A DNA stretch of 63,744 nt, counting the filler, from Reticulomyxa filosa (taxonomy: Eukaryota > Protista > Foraminifera): the NCBI GenBank assembly GCA_000512085.1. It is 14 parts of 14 records of this genome, joined end to end, with 100 filler letters (N's around TTAATTAATTAA, not from the genome) between each part and the next. Parts side by side here need not be neighbours in the genome. Positions count along the whole stretch, not along the records: positions 49,276 to 57,861 come from ASPP01006392.1; positions 57,962 to 59,739 come from ASPP01021417.1; positions 59,840 to 62,146 come from ASPP01007802.1; positions 62,247 to 63,744 come from ASPP01022835.1; 10 more parts are not named here. One strand, given 5' to 3'. The notes under the pieces are model-generated. The model was not told the origin of the DNA. It saw only the letters and a list, made by a program, of their open reading frames with translations, and ran no database searches. Below are positions 51,085 through 63,744 of this stretch, piece after piece. Position 1 is the stretch's first letter. Every line of letters begins with the position of its first letter. The position numbers and the translations under genes were made by a program.

Positions 51085-54000
51085 TTACTGTTCATGATAG
51101 CCATAATAACCAAATTTTAAAGCAGTGTCAAACTTGTTTTTGAGTATTTCAAACGTAGGATAATGCGGAATGGATAACGAATAGCTACATGTGCTCGCTT
51201 TTGGCAGTGATTGAAGGTCCTGTCCATAAAGCACATTGACGGACCATGGTTCATGTCTGCGGCTATGCCAGGCATTTTGAGTAAATCCGTACAATGGAGG
51301 AATAGAACTGCCACTCCAAAATAATAACAAATTTCTCAAACTCTCTTCGTTCAATGACTTGACATAGCTCCAAAACCATTGAATGATTCGATCATTTTTG
51401 TTAAATCCATGATAAGTCATGTGTTTTTGCCATTCTTCAACATTGATCCTATTCAGTTAAAGACAAGACATAAAAACAAAAAATTTTTTTTTGCGTACGA
51501 GCAGTCCGTACATATCTGCCATACATAAAAAAAACACTAAAACATGTCTGGTCCAGCAAAAGCAAGTCTCAGATGATCAATACTAAGACATTTTTTGATA
51601 ACGTTCAAAGGAAATAAGCTCCAAAATCCCTTCCCTAAGCTTTTCAACTGGCTTTCGATATTCAATGTGAGACGTGTTTGTGTATATAAATTGGCATATT
51701 CTAGTTTGTTTGTCTCACAGACATCAAGTTTGTCACCGTTTTCGCACAACAGCACTTCCTTCCCAGTAACATTATCATACAAGGAAAAATTCAATCCATA
51801 AGTTGAGGTTTTGTCATGTTGGGAAGTATTGTCAATCCAGCCTTTAAAGGTGGTGTACATTGACTCATCAAAATACTTCATGTCTGTCCAATTCAGTTCT
51901 TTTCCTTCTCCAAGCAAATATTTCAATATTCCATTAGATAACTTGACCCCAATTGGGACCTCATAAATCAAACACAGCCCTAACAATTTCCCCGCAAATT
52001 TGTAATAGCTTTTTTATCATTTGATTTACATTGTATCAAAACAAAGCATTTTAAATATTATAAATCAGAACTACGTAACGAATCAAAAAAAAAAAAAAGA
52101 TATTTGAACAGATGAATGAGATCTTTTGATAATTGCAACAAAGGGAAAGGCGTGATATGGATCGATTTTCCATCTGGTGATAAAGTAAATAAACGGAAGG
52201 TTTGATCAAAAAATAGCATTTTTGCCACAGTTGTCATGAATTCTCGCAATGGGCCATCGCCAATGCCCGGTTCATTTTCATATTGCACCTCCATCTCTTC
52301 ATGCAAATGTACAGGAGGAATACTATTCACTTGTTGAGCTATTGATTCCAATATGACTTCTCTTGTCTATTTTTAGAGAAGATTTTTTTAAAAAAGGGGG
52401 GTTATGAGAAAAATTATTAATTTCTTATGTATACGTAAGTACGATTACGTAAACAAGGAGGAAAAAAAAAAGAAATACCGTGGTGTTTTGGGCTTGCTGG
52501 TTTTGATCAGTGCCCTTATTTTGTGCGTCTTTGTCGTGGTTGCTAGGGGATGACGGATTGGTATCACTAGTTGCTTGATGTATAATCATGCGATTTAGAA
52601 CAATAACCCGACCATTTTCATCATTATCATATTCACCACTTTCGATGGATACAGCTTCTTCTTCCTCTTCTTCTTCTTTTTCGCCATTTTTTATCCGTTT
52701 TTCTTCGTTTTCTTCATCTTCATTTGCATCTGCACCTTGTTCTTGTTCTTCGTCCGCATCTTCTTTTTGATTGTCAGAAAACTGTATCTTGATTTCATTT
52801 TTTCGATTGACAACTAACTGAGCCGAGTCTGTGCCTTGGTCTTCTTGAGTTTCACTTGAGTTTTCCTTTTTCTCTTCGCTTTGGTTTTCTGACAGTTCGG
52901 ACACTGGTTCACTAGATTGGGCAGAAAACATGGAATCTGTCGTTTTCTGGAAACAAAACACGCACACGTCATGTATATACATTATGTGCCGTATATATAT
53001 GTACATATATATATAGTCTATAAAATAGAGAGAGCGTCCAATTGTTGTGAAGCACAAAACATGTTCAGTGGGCTCTGTCTCGTGTTCTTTTGCTTGCCGC
53101 AACTTGCGTTTTTGTTCTTTGTACAACTTTTCCACTTCGTTGTGACAGACATGATTGACCAATGACAACCGAATGGTCAGAGGAGTGGGCGTGGCCAAGT
53201 CCAGCAAAAATGTAAAATATTGTGATATCAGCGAATCATTGTGATGATTTGTGTTGATGAAAATGGCAAATTGCTCTTGGTACGTAGTCAAAAACGTTTG
53301 AAAGTCTCTGTGTTTATTATGTATTCGATTTTTTTTTTTTTTTTTTTTACGTATTTCGGCAACCTACGTACATTTCCTCCCCCTTTTTTTTTTAAAAAAA
53401 AAAAAGAAAAAATTTTTAAACAGATTCATTGGTTGTTCGGATATAATCCATTGATACAATCTATTGTAATCATGGATAGACATGTTTTGATGTGATTTGA
53501 AAGGGACAAATTGAAAAGCACTTTTTTTGGGACTTCTTTTTGTTTTTGTTTTTATTGTTTTTGTGGTGTCCTTGACCATTTCCATTGAATGAGTGTCAAT
53601 GGATGCATCTTTTTTTTCATCATCAATGGATGTGGCCGTCGAAGGGAGAGATACGGCCAATCCATCCTTGTCTTGTAGGGAAGTAGCAGTAGTGGTAGTA
53701 GAAGCCGGTGTTGTAGCGGAAGCATTGATCATAAGCCTGACATCGTTTCGCATGTTGCTCAAGACTTGAGAAAAGCAGTAATAACTGTGGATGATAATAG
53801 TGAAGCGGAAGGTGTCCTCTTCGTCGATGTTGTCACTAATGATGCTATCCAAGGCCGGTCGCAAGAGCATTTCATAAATGGAAGTGTTCCAGCTATGGCT
53901 CCACTCATTGAGCAGACATTTCAAATGATGAATGGCCTCAATGAAACGGTGACGATGTTCCGTGGTGGTCTCAGACGACGTGGCGAATACCTCCTCCTTC

Positions 54001-55374
54001 TCTTTCTCTTCCTTTTCTTCCAATGGCAATGGAGACGAAAGAGCGGGGAGCTCCACGCCCAAGTAGTTGGACCTGTCCATTGTCAAGTACTGCCAATGTG
54101 GCAACAGCACCGCCCGATGAATCACAAACACGAGTTGGAACAGTTTCGAATACAACGCTCGAAAGTATTGATCCGCAAATTGCGAGGTGCGAAATAGTAT
54201 CATTCGACAAGAGGAATACAAGTGCTTATTCACACAGCTCAGTACCGTCGATATCATTTTCAAGTTGCTGGACATTTGTTCCAGCGATTCACTTTTTTCC
54301 ATTACCAAATCGGTTATACTTTTGTGTAGTAATAACGACCCAAACGACTTTTTTTTAAAAAAAAAAAAAAAGTTAGATCCAATAGGCGATATGACATAAT
54401 ATTTTTTAAATACAAAACTTAACTTGACACAAATTTAAATTGCCGTCCACCATAAGCATATAACACAAACGGTCAAACTTTTCACCCATTAAGAAATTGG
54501 TCATGACATGGTCGAACTCTTTCCATTGCGATACTTTTTTCACAGTCTTTTCGTCGTGCTCCTGCAACGTGCTGCCGTCTTCACCGCCTTTCTTGCCTTT
54601 TGCGTGCTGCTTGACTTTGCTCCCGCCGAGCTTTTTGATGTGGCGAAATATCAACAGCATCATCTCCGCAAACTCGTCGTTGTGGTCGTCCGCCACAATG
54701 TGTTCCGCTAACACGCTATTGTATAATGTCTCAAATCCATAGATTTCCAATAGCAACTCGTCCAAAGGCTGTTTACTTTTATCGAACCCCATCACCATTG
54801 CCTAAAAAAAAAAAAAAAAAAAAACTGCACATATACCGTATATTATGCATATATGTACATATATGCATATAAAAGCATATTATACGGTATATAACTGGCG
54901 AGAGTGTCTTTTATTTTCGGCACACAAAAACGAAAAGATATCAGCAATGCTTTCGGGCAAAGCTTGCAAGACATGCTTTAGAATGTCTCGATAGTTTGCT
55001 TCTTTCACAGCCAACTGTTGCAATTCTTCGGCCTGCTGTTGCTTGTCTTTGGGCGGTTGGTTCTTTTTACCAACGCCCGCTTTATGTTTGGCTTGGACCG
55101 TGTCCAAGTACGACGAAAAGGCGAGATGCAGGGGGTGCTCGTTGTTCAGGTGATTTGGTGGGAGTGCTATTTTCCCCCCATTCGCCAACAGTCGAGTCAA
55201 CAGCAGTTTGTCGCATTCCTTTACCGCCGCACTCAGCATGTTGAAACCAAACGCACGAGTTCCGCCCACTTTCACGCGCAATCGTGGCGCTTTTTCCGTT
55301 ATCGAGTACTCGTAGCAGGTGTTGGGGTCAAATAAATCTTTGTCTTCATTTCTCTTTTCAATACATACATATAT

Positions 55375-55417
<43 letters not shown>

Positions 55418-57600
55418 TTGCAATTGAATATATACAGTGTGATAAGGTACACACAGAGGGGGATTGCTTGGTAACTTTTGCAGATTGGATTCGTGATAAC
55501 ACTACATCCACATACAGTTGCAATAGGACATAGTCGTTGAGGAAGTAGTCTGCGATCAAAGGCAAAAGCGGCAACGAGGTGGCGCAGTCTTGTAGCAAAG
55601 ACTCGTGAAAAATGGACAAATTATCGCAGCGTGTCATGACGGAGCGAATGACAGAATGATTGCTTTTCATTTGCAAAATGTGATACAATACGTCTCTTGT
55701 TAGTTGGAATTTTTTTGTATCTGTGGATGTGCACCGCTTAAATTCCTACACGCTCCCCTCCGTCAACAACAACAACAACAACAATTTTTTTTTTAAAAAA
55801 ACAAAACAAATTGAAGTAATCCAATAATAAAAAAAACAAAACAAAAAAAAACAAGTTGTATTGTATTGTATTGTTTACCTTTTCATCAAATCCAAACTCT
55901 TTCCAAATATCCAAAACTTGCTTGGCTTCATTGTATTGACACTCATGCTTCAAGGACCATAAAAAGCGAGCCACGCTCAATTCGTGGATGACCAGGTTAT
56001 CCACTCGCAACACGCGAACAAGTCTGAACAGCTCTGCGACGCTGTTGGTCCATTTTTGTTTTAGGCAATAATCCAGTAATTGGCGCACGGTTTGAATGTC
56101 ACAGTTGACGCAGGCGTCAATAAAGCGCAATCGAAACAAGAGCTTTTTCCTTTGTCCAAACATTTCCTTTTCATTTTTAGCAATTTGATTTTTATCCATT
56201 GCTTTTGTCTCTTCCTTTTTTTTTCCTTTCTCTTTGTCTTTGTCTTTTCCTTTTCCCTTGGTTTTCACCGGCTCTTTTTTCTGGTTGCTTTTCACTGTTT
56301 TCTTTTCCTTCTTTCTTTTCCTTTTTTTTTTTTGTTGTTCGCATTGTTATTATTATTGTTACTATTATTATTATTATTATTATTATTGATTTTTAAGAAG
56401 TGGAGATATATTATTGCAAAATGAAAATCTACCTTTCTTCAAGGAATCGTTGAGTTGCTGTATCTTCATCTTCATCTTCGTCTTCCTCTTCTTCTTCTTC
56501 TTCTTCTTCGGAGTAATCTTCTTCGTATTCATCTTCATCTTCATATTCGTCGTCGTAATCATCATCAATCTCATATTCATCTTCGTCCTCCTCGTCATCG
56601 TATTCTTCCGCTTCAATATCCTTGCGCTTCACTCGCTTTTTATTGACTGACTCTTCCGCTCCGAATTCCATCTCATCGTCGTCATAGGCGGGTATGTAGA
56701 TCAACTCCGGCTCGCCTGTGTGTACATCGATCCCCACCGTGGCATGAACATTGCCCCGCATATCATCATCATCATCATCATCGTCGTCGTTGTCGTTGTC
56801 GTTGTGATTTCGACGTTGTCTTTGGCGCGCTGCTGCAAACGACTCTTCATCATTGTGATTCTTTTTTTTGTTATTGTTCTTGTTATTATTGCCGTTGTTA
56901 TTGTTAGTACTATTATTCTTTTTGTTGTTTCTATTGTTGTTGTTATCTTCATCTTCTTCATCATCATCTTCTTCTTCTTCTTCTTCTTCATCATCATCAT
57001 CATTTTCTTCATCTTCTTCTTCTTCTTCTTCTTCATCATCATCATTTTCTTCATCTTCCTCATCTTCTTCCTTTTCATCATCATCGTCTTCTTCTACTTC
57101 TTCATCTTCATCTTCCTCTTCACTCTGTTCATGCGAGCGTCTTGCTTTGAGTGAACTTTGGGTAGCTTTGCCCCTACTTTTTTTTTTCAAAGACGACGGG
57201 CGAACTGAGGAACGAAGATTGAACTTGTCATGGTTCAACACATTTCCGACAAACAAGTCATTTTTATCCACAAATCCACAGTGATTGTATCTCAATTGGA
57301 TCACACTTTCTTCCAATTTGTCCGACTCTTCCGTCCATAATTTTTCCACTGATTCTTTTTCTTTTTCTTTTATCTTTTGTGTGTCTGCATTGCCAAATAT
57401 CAATGCCGCAAAGTCTTTGTCCGTATCTGTCGATAGCAATTCACTGCTAATTATGTTCAGTGGCGTATTGAATATACACTCATTGTCCTCGCTTTCTTCC
57501 TTCTTTTCTTCCTTGTTCTCCCAATTTTCTATCGATATCCCATCTCCTTCATAACCTCGATTTTCACCGCTGTCATTCGTTGCTTTTCTATATTATGTTT
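51085..57600 (-). CDS. Large HECT-domain E3 ubiquitin ligase (many exons; 5' extent uncertain)
   Basis: VQYENEPGIGDGPLREF, YKFAGKLLGL, IIQWFWSYV, LLLFWSGS and LPKASTCSYSLSIPHY (catalytic Cys). Upstream same-strand exons include an ankyrin-like HPLHLA and long acidic tracts. Confidence 0.88.
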
Positions 57601-57689
57601 TGTTTTGTTTTTTTCCTCAAATAAAACGTATATTATTGCTTCATTTCAGAGATGAACAGATCCAAAGAATGAAGATTAGGTAACTTTTG

Positions 57690-57861
57690 TTGTTGTTGTT
57701 TTTGATTTTGATTTTGATTTTGATTTTGATTTTGATTTTGATTTTGTTTTTGATTTTTATTTTGATTTTTATTTTTATTTTGATTCTGTTTTTTATTTTG
57801 ATTTTGTTTTTGACCTTGCTTTTGATTTTGCTTTTGATTTTGCCTTTGGCCTTGATTTTGG
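57690..57861 (-). repeat. (TTTTGA)n hexamer repeat, reading (QN)n on the minus strand
   Basis: Direct inspection; the repeat runs into the gap. Confidence 0.7.
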
Positions 57862-58009
57862 NNNNNNNNNNNNNNNNNNNNNNNNNNNNNNNNNNNNNNN
57901 NNNNNTTAATTAATTAANNNNNNNNNNNNNNNNNNNNNNNNNNNNNNNNNNNNNNNNNNNNTACCCCCCCAACGAATACAAAAAAAAGGTTTAATAAAAA
58001 AAAAAATAG

Positions 58010-59739
58010 ATGTTGACAGACATGTCCCCAGTATATCTGGACTCGCAAAGCGTGAGACTGGCACGAGACAATGAAAACTCACAGAAGATATACAAATGTA
58101 CATTGGACCGAATATTTTCATCGGAGTCGACCTAAGCAGAAGTGTTTGTACAAATTGGCAAACCAATGGTAGACGCAGCTTTGGAAGGGTACAATGCAAC
58201 GATTTTTGCTATGGCCAAAGTGGGGCAGGCAAATCATTTACAGTTTCAACAATAAGAGCTACAAATAGTCTCAATCAATATATATGTACATATACACACA
58301 AAAAGATGTTCGGACCGGAAACATTGGACAAAGAAAGAGCAGTTGACAAAGAGCTGGATGGAATCTTGCCTCGATGTATCGAGTACTTACCGCAGTGTTT
58401 GATGGAATGAACGAATATGATATCGAGGACATTAGTGCGACGGATGATGACGATGATGAAGATAAACAGGAGGATAGCAAGGCCCCATCCATTATCAAAG
58501 AATGGAAAGTCTACGTGGAATTTATCTAAATTTATAAAAGTTAATAAAAAATTATTTTTTTTAAAAAAAAAGGGGATGAAAGGGGCCCACTAGTCAAACG
58601 CTTCAAGTTTGTAAACATAAGACGTATACGCACTTATATAAATATAAAAAAGATGTAATGGATTTACTATACGCAAAAACAGAAAAGAAATTAATAATAA
58701 GACAAAAATTTCATACAGATACACGCAAGTGGAAAACTTGAGCAAGATATCAATCACGTCGACCCACGATTTTGATAAGTTGCTACAAAAAGCCATTGGC
58801 AATCGTGTCGTTGCTAAACATGCCTTGAACGCTATCTTCGCTCTCGCACATGTTGGTCATGTTATCTATTGAACAGCAGATCACATCTAAATAATATATA
58901 CGTATACATATGTATACGTATGTAAGTATGCGCAGTGTATGACAAATAGTGGATGCGTCAGTGATAATACCGAGATTAAACTTTGGCGATTTGGCAGGAA
59001 GTGAAGATTTGATAAAAGCATTGGGTCCAAACCCAGATCCGGAACAATTGAAGAAGCCATTGCAATCAATAGCTATCTGCCACCGTCATTTCCATGTTAT
59101 CCAGAGGACAAAGGCCCTCCTTCTGTTTTTCAGCACTCACTCACATCTTACAAGGTTATATATGTATACATATATGCACATACATTTATATATTTATGTG
59201 TATACGTATGTATATACATAGTTACATACGCATACATATATCAATAGACCCGTTGGAGGTAATTAAGATCACAATGTCTAAATGCTTCTCGCATATCAAA
59301 ATCGAGTACTTAATCTGTCTTTTAGTAATTGTATTTTATATAAGTGTATGGAATAAATATACAATAAACAAAAAAAAAGCAGGAGACCATTCGAACTCTT
59401 CGATTTGCAGAAACAACAAAGAAGGTGAAGAACAAGGCTAAAGTGAATGATCGATTGACCCGAACCAATTGGAGTGCAAGATCGTCAAATTGGAGTCTGA
59501 AAACGCGCAATTGAAGACGCAGACTGTGGAGCTGGAACAAGCGCAAACGCTTTCGAAACCCAAGTTTTCAAGGATCGAAGAATATTCGCCCATCGAAGAT
59601 ATGGCAAATGCGATGAAGGCAAGAGTGAAGTGGAACTTGAGCAATGACGTGATCTCGATACAACAAAAAAATATATAGTACCAAGATTTGTACTTTCAGT
59701 TTCTGCAAAAATGGAAGAGTCATATCCAGCACCGCGAAT
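58010..59739 (+). pseudogene. Kinesin motor gene, degenerate
   Basis: ALEGYNATI / YGQSGAGKSFT (frameshifted P-loop), GILPR, VEFI*IY (in-frame stop), disrupted switch I and LNFGDLAGSE, followed by coiled coil. Confidence 0.8.
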
Positions 59740-60689
59740 NNNNNNNNNNNNNNNNNNNNNNNNNNNNNNNNNNNNNNNNNNNNTTAATTAATTAANNNNN
59801 NNNNNNNNNNNNNNNNNNNNNNNNNNNNNNNNNNNNNNNTCAAACGGATTGAAAAAAGCAATTATTTGCAAATATCTTTTTTTTGTATATCGGGCCAAAG
59901 AATTCAAAAGCAAAATCAATTAAAATTTTGGCCAAATAGCACAAAATAAATCGCAGAATATTATTTAAAACTTGAAGTATTGTTGTTATCATTGAATCTT
60001 TTCAAAGAGTGACAATAGATAACATATTCAATGCTTTCATTTGATAATATTTCGAAGAGAAGAATTGAAAAAAAAATTCAAAAATGGCCAAATCAAAATA
60101 GTGTATGTGGGAAGTCTCAATTCTCAAAGAGGGAAAGATTCAGTAAATGGAAAGAAGAACGTCAAAGATAAATTACAGGAGTAGGAATCCAAATATCACT
60201 AAAGTAAATATTTTTGTCAACGTAGCTCAAGTTACGTTTCAATTAGTCTTTTTCTTCAAAAAGAATGCTTATTTTTTATTATAAGTATTCGTAAGTGATA
60301 CAGCTTATTTTTTGACATTTTAAATGCAAGGTTGGTCTTTTTTTTAAATAATAAACCAAAAATACCTTATAAAAATTATCAATTTTTTATGTGAAAAAAA
60401 TCATTTGGAATGTTTTTTTTATTGATGTCCGTTGTTTTATCATTGTAATTTTTGATTATGTGAGTTCTTTAATATTTGTTAACAATTCATAATTGACAAG
60501 TCGACTTACATATGCGAAATAATTTACTTTTTAAAAATAAAAAGTCTTTTTATTTTTCGATTGCATTTTTCTCAAATTTTGCTTTAAAAATTTCTGTTAT
60601 GCTCTCCGAGTAAAAATATTTAAAAATTATAATAATTCCATTCATTGTTTCTTCAATTTTGTTTGATGAAATTAGTCAGAAAACAGCAT

Positions 60690-61500
60690 AAAAATAATAA
60701 TTCAAAATTGGATTCGAATTTTGGACAATAAATTGGGATGGGTCAAAGATTTTGACCAAATTGTCGTCAAATACGTTAGACAATGTTTTTTGGTTTTTTT
60801 AAAAGCTAAATAATAATATTTATTGTGTTATTCCTAATTAATACACAAAATACAGATCAGAGATTTTCAATTGTTAAAAAAGTTACAAGTACAAGAGGGG
60901 CCTGTAACTAGTATGATATGATTGTCATATCAACAGACTTTAGAACAATTCAAATATGGAATGTGCAATCAGGGAGAGAAATTCGCAGTTTCAAGAGGAT
61001 ATAACGACTTCATCGATTTTACAAAATTTTCATCATTTGAAAAAACTGTCAATTTTTTACGTTTAATGATACCGTTGTAATGTGAGATATAGAACCAGGA
61101 AAAGGAGTGAAAAAATTTGAAGGAAATGATTGTTACATATCAGATGTAAATTTTTCTTTGGATGGCAAATATATTGTATCAGGTTCAACTGATGGAATAA
61201 TAAAATTATGGGATGTAAATACTATGGATATGATACAAACGTTAACTGATAATTCAGATCGCATAGATAGTGTTCAATTTTTGCCAGATGGTCAATATAT
61301 TGTTTCATCTTCATTAGATAACATAATTCGGATATATAATGTTGACTCAGGAAAAGAAGTAAAATAATTAGAAGGATATTCAGATGTTATTAATGATGTG
61401 AAATATTTTCTAGATGGTCAAACCATTTTGTCTTGCTCAAGTGATAAAACTATTCGTCTATGGGATGTAAAATCAGGTAATCAAAAACAAAAAACAAATC
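60690..61500 (+). pseudogene. WD40-repeat pseudogene
   Basis: KLGWVKDFDQIVVKY N-terminal motif, then FSLDGKYIVSGSTDGIIKLWD and CSSDKTIRLWDV, with stops and frameshifts. Confidence 0.85.
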
Positions 61501-61821
61501 TTCTGCCAAAATGCACTTCGGTAAAAAAAGTTCATTTTTTTTTTTAATGAACGCAAACACAAGGTAACATCCGTGACTCTAGATACACTGAAGAAGGTGA
61601 CATAAGTGTAAGCAAAAAAAAAATTCAACAAGTCTTATTTATTATGAGTTTCGACTCTTTAAAAACATTGAATGCAGCTTTTTTCAATTTTTTAAACAAA
61701 GTAAAATAAAACACATCCTTCAATGCTGCGTTCAACCAACAAGTTTAATATCAACTTACTTTTCTTTAATTAAAAGTTTAAAAAAAAAAACACTTTCATT
61801 TCTTATTTGGCAAAAACTAAA

Positions 61822-62146
61822 TCATCCCCAAATATGAATGGGACCATTGCGTGAACTATAACACAAATTCAAATCATACGTAACATTATTTGCCTTCTCT
61901 TTCTTTTTCAATAAAATAAATTTAAGATAACATATCCCATAATCTTTATTATCTCCTTTGATCATATACAATTCATTCTTATTTGATCGAATATCCCAAA
62001 ATCGAATTGTATTATCCCTTGATCCAGAACAAATCACATTTGAATTACCACTACTATTCTTTATTACAAATGGTGAATATTCAACAGTATACACTGTATT
62101 TGTATGTCCATTGAACATTTGAATTTGTTGACAAGATCGAATATCC
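61822..62146 (-). CDS. WD40-repeat protein, C-terminal fragment
   Basis: FNGHTNTVYTVEYSP...CSGSRDNTIRFWDIRS...GPIHIWG*. Same subfamily as 24050-24943. Confidence 0.8.
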
Positions 62147-62735
62147 NNNNNNNNNNNNNNNNNNNNNNNNNNNNNNNNNNNNNNNNNNNNTTAATTAATT
62201 AANNNNNNNNNNNNNNNNNNNNNNNNNNNNNNNNNNNNNNNNNNNNATTTTTTTTGTCAATATCATTCAATTGTTCATTTTTGTTACTTTTTTTATTTTT
62301 CCTTTTTGAAAAGACACTAGTTTTTACCACATTTGTTTTTTTTTTTGGAAAGTTTTGCATGACAAAAAAAAACAGGATTGCATCCATTTTTTGTGTTTTT
62401 TAAGACGTCCTACGTCCTTAAAGAAAAAAAAAAGAAATATTTGAACTTGAAGAGAAAAAAAAAACAATGGGATGATGACACACAAACCCCTTGAGTACTT
62501 GGATTGACAACTAACTAAACCCAAAAAAAAGAGAAAAAAAGGGATGTGTATCATCAAATAAATCGGAAAAAAAAAACAAAACAAATTACAATAACGTCAC
62601 ATTGTACAATATGTTGTAATTTGAGTAAGTGGAGACCATAACAGCGATGGGTAGTGTGAAAGAGATGGAACACAAAGACGAGGAGGACAAAGTGTGTTCT
62701 CTCGTAGTAGGATCACAAGGAAGTGATGGAGCTTT

Positions 62736-62883
62736 TCAAAGAGTCAATTTTTTTTTATATTTGTCAAACTCTTTTTTCATGGATATACTTTGAATGGTAC
62801 TGAGTTCCTGTTCAATTTTCGCTTGTGTGTCTTCTTCACTTTGTTTGTGTTGTGATTTGTGATTGGCATCATTGTCATCACCG

Positions 62884-62914
<31 letters not shown>

Positions 62915-63684
62915 TTCCATTCTTATCATTATCGTCATCATTATCGTTTTCACTATCACTCTCATGTCCTTTTTGCGAGGCATTGGTCGTTGACTTGTCG
63001 TTGTGATTACTTTGTTTGTCTTTCTTTTTCTGCGACTTTTCATTGCGTTCATGATCTTGTTCTTCCAGTTGGTGAATACGATTTTGCGTTTCATAGACCT
63101 GAATGACTTGTCGATGTTTTTGCACTCGCAAGCATTGCTTCGTCAAACATCGGTCCAATCGCATCTCAAATTCCCGAAATTTCATTTCCAAGTCTTCGAT
63201 CAATTTTTCTTTTTCCGTTCGCAATTGTGCTTTGCATTGCATAGTTTCACGTTCCAATTCTTTATATATGTATATGCACAAATAAAGGAGTATATTCATA
63301 TATATAATCACACAAAGAAAAAAACTATACGCGAAAAAGAAGAGGGGGGGGGGGGGGGGGGGAGGGGAGGAAGTAAAAAAAAAAAAAAAAACCTTGTAAT
63401 TTTGGATCTTTCGATTGCACAGAAAACGAAGAGGGCTTGGGGTTGGCAAAAGAGCCTGCGGAATCTTTTACCGGGACTTGAAGTCTCCAAGCCTGTTCAT
63501 CACTTGGGATAGGCACAGTAGGTTTGGTGTCCTCTTGGCTTATCGGCGTTGTCACGACTCCTACAGTTTGCATACGTTTTCGACGGTTATATTTGTCCAC
63601 TGATATACGTATATCTGAGGAGTTTCTTTCGCTCTTTGATTCGTCGTGTCTCTTCTCTGTTCTACAAAATACATATACAAACAC
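62736..63684 (-). CDS. Coiled-coil/acidic protein of unknown function, partial
   Basis: Exons at about 63400-63660 and 62740-63265 (ELERETMQCKAQLRTEKEKLIEDLEMKF) flank a low-complexity intron. Confidence 0.5.
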
Positions 63685-63744
63685 AGAGACAATTGTTTGT
63701 CTATGTTTTTGTAGGAAAGAGTTTTTTTCTTTTCTCCTGTCCCC

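Noticed and set aside
56383-57284. Poly-Ser, poly-Phe/Ile and poly-Lys/Met ORFs
   Set aside because: Alternative-frame and antisense shadows of GAA/GAT repeats encoding the acidic tract. The same applies at 12799-13136, 36678-37042, 49668-50397 and 62777-63106.
13471-63744. Functional clustering of ubiquitin/autophagy/immunity genes (ATG4, RNF213-like, HECT) across the window
   Set aside because: They lie on different contigs joined by artificial spacers, so their proximity is uninformative.

Overview
AT-rich eukaryotic (protist) draft genome sequence. It is not one locus: 14 contig pieces are joined by 13 identical artificial 100-nt spacers (N44-TTAATTAATTAA-N44), so adjacency across spacers is not evidence of linkage. 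Short GT-AG introns full of poly-A/T and (TA/ATAC)n runs, D/N/E-rich low-complexity inserts and many decayed WD40, Kelch-like, HSP90 and kinesin copies resemble the foraminiferan Reticulomyxa filosa; this is an inference from sequence style only. Recognisable genes: TEY-type MAP kinase, mitochondrial ATP synthase delta, ATG4, a TRP-like channel, a VPS9/ANKRD27-like GEF, a VWA protein, an RNF213-like fragment, a secreted CBM9-like protein, a small SET protein, L-2-hydroxyglutarate dehydrogenase, SEY1/RHD3, CDC14, a telobox-type Myb protein and a large HECT E3 ligase. There is also a LINE retroelement with a second LINE 3' end nested inside it. The most unusual region is the first 7.3 kb. It holds an intact intronless gene made of six 61-aa CxxC-x14-CxxC zinc-ribbon/helix repeats with a possible myristoylation signal. 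Facing it tail-to-tail is a decayed paralog in which two such repeats are fused to a papain/C39-like peptidase-type domain. Next to these is a caspase-like + TPR gene that lacks the catalytic Cys.
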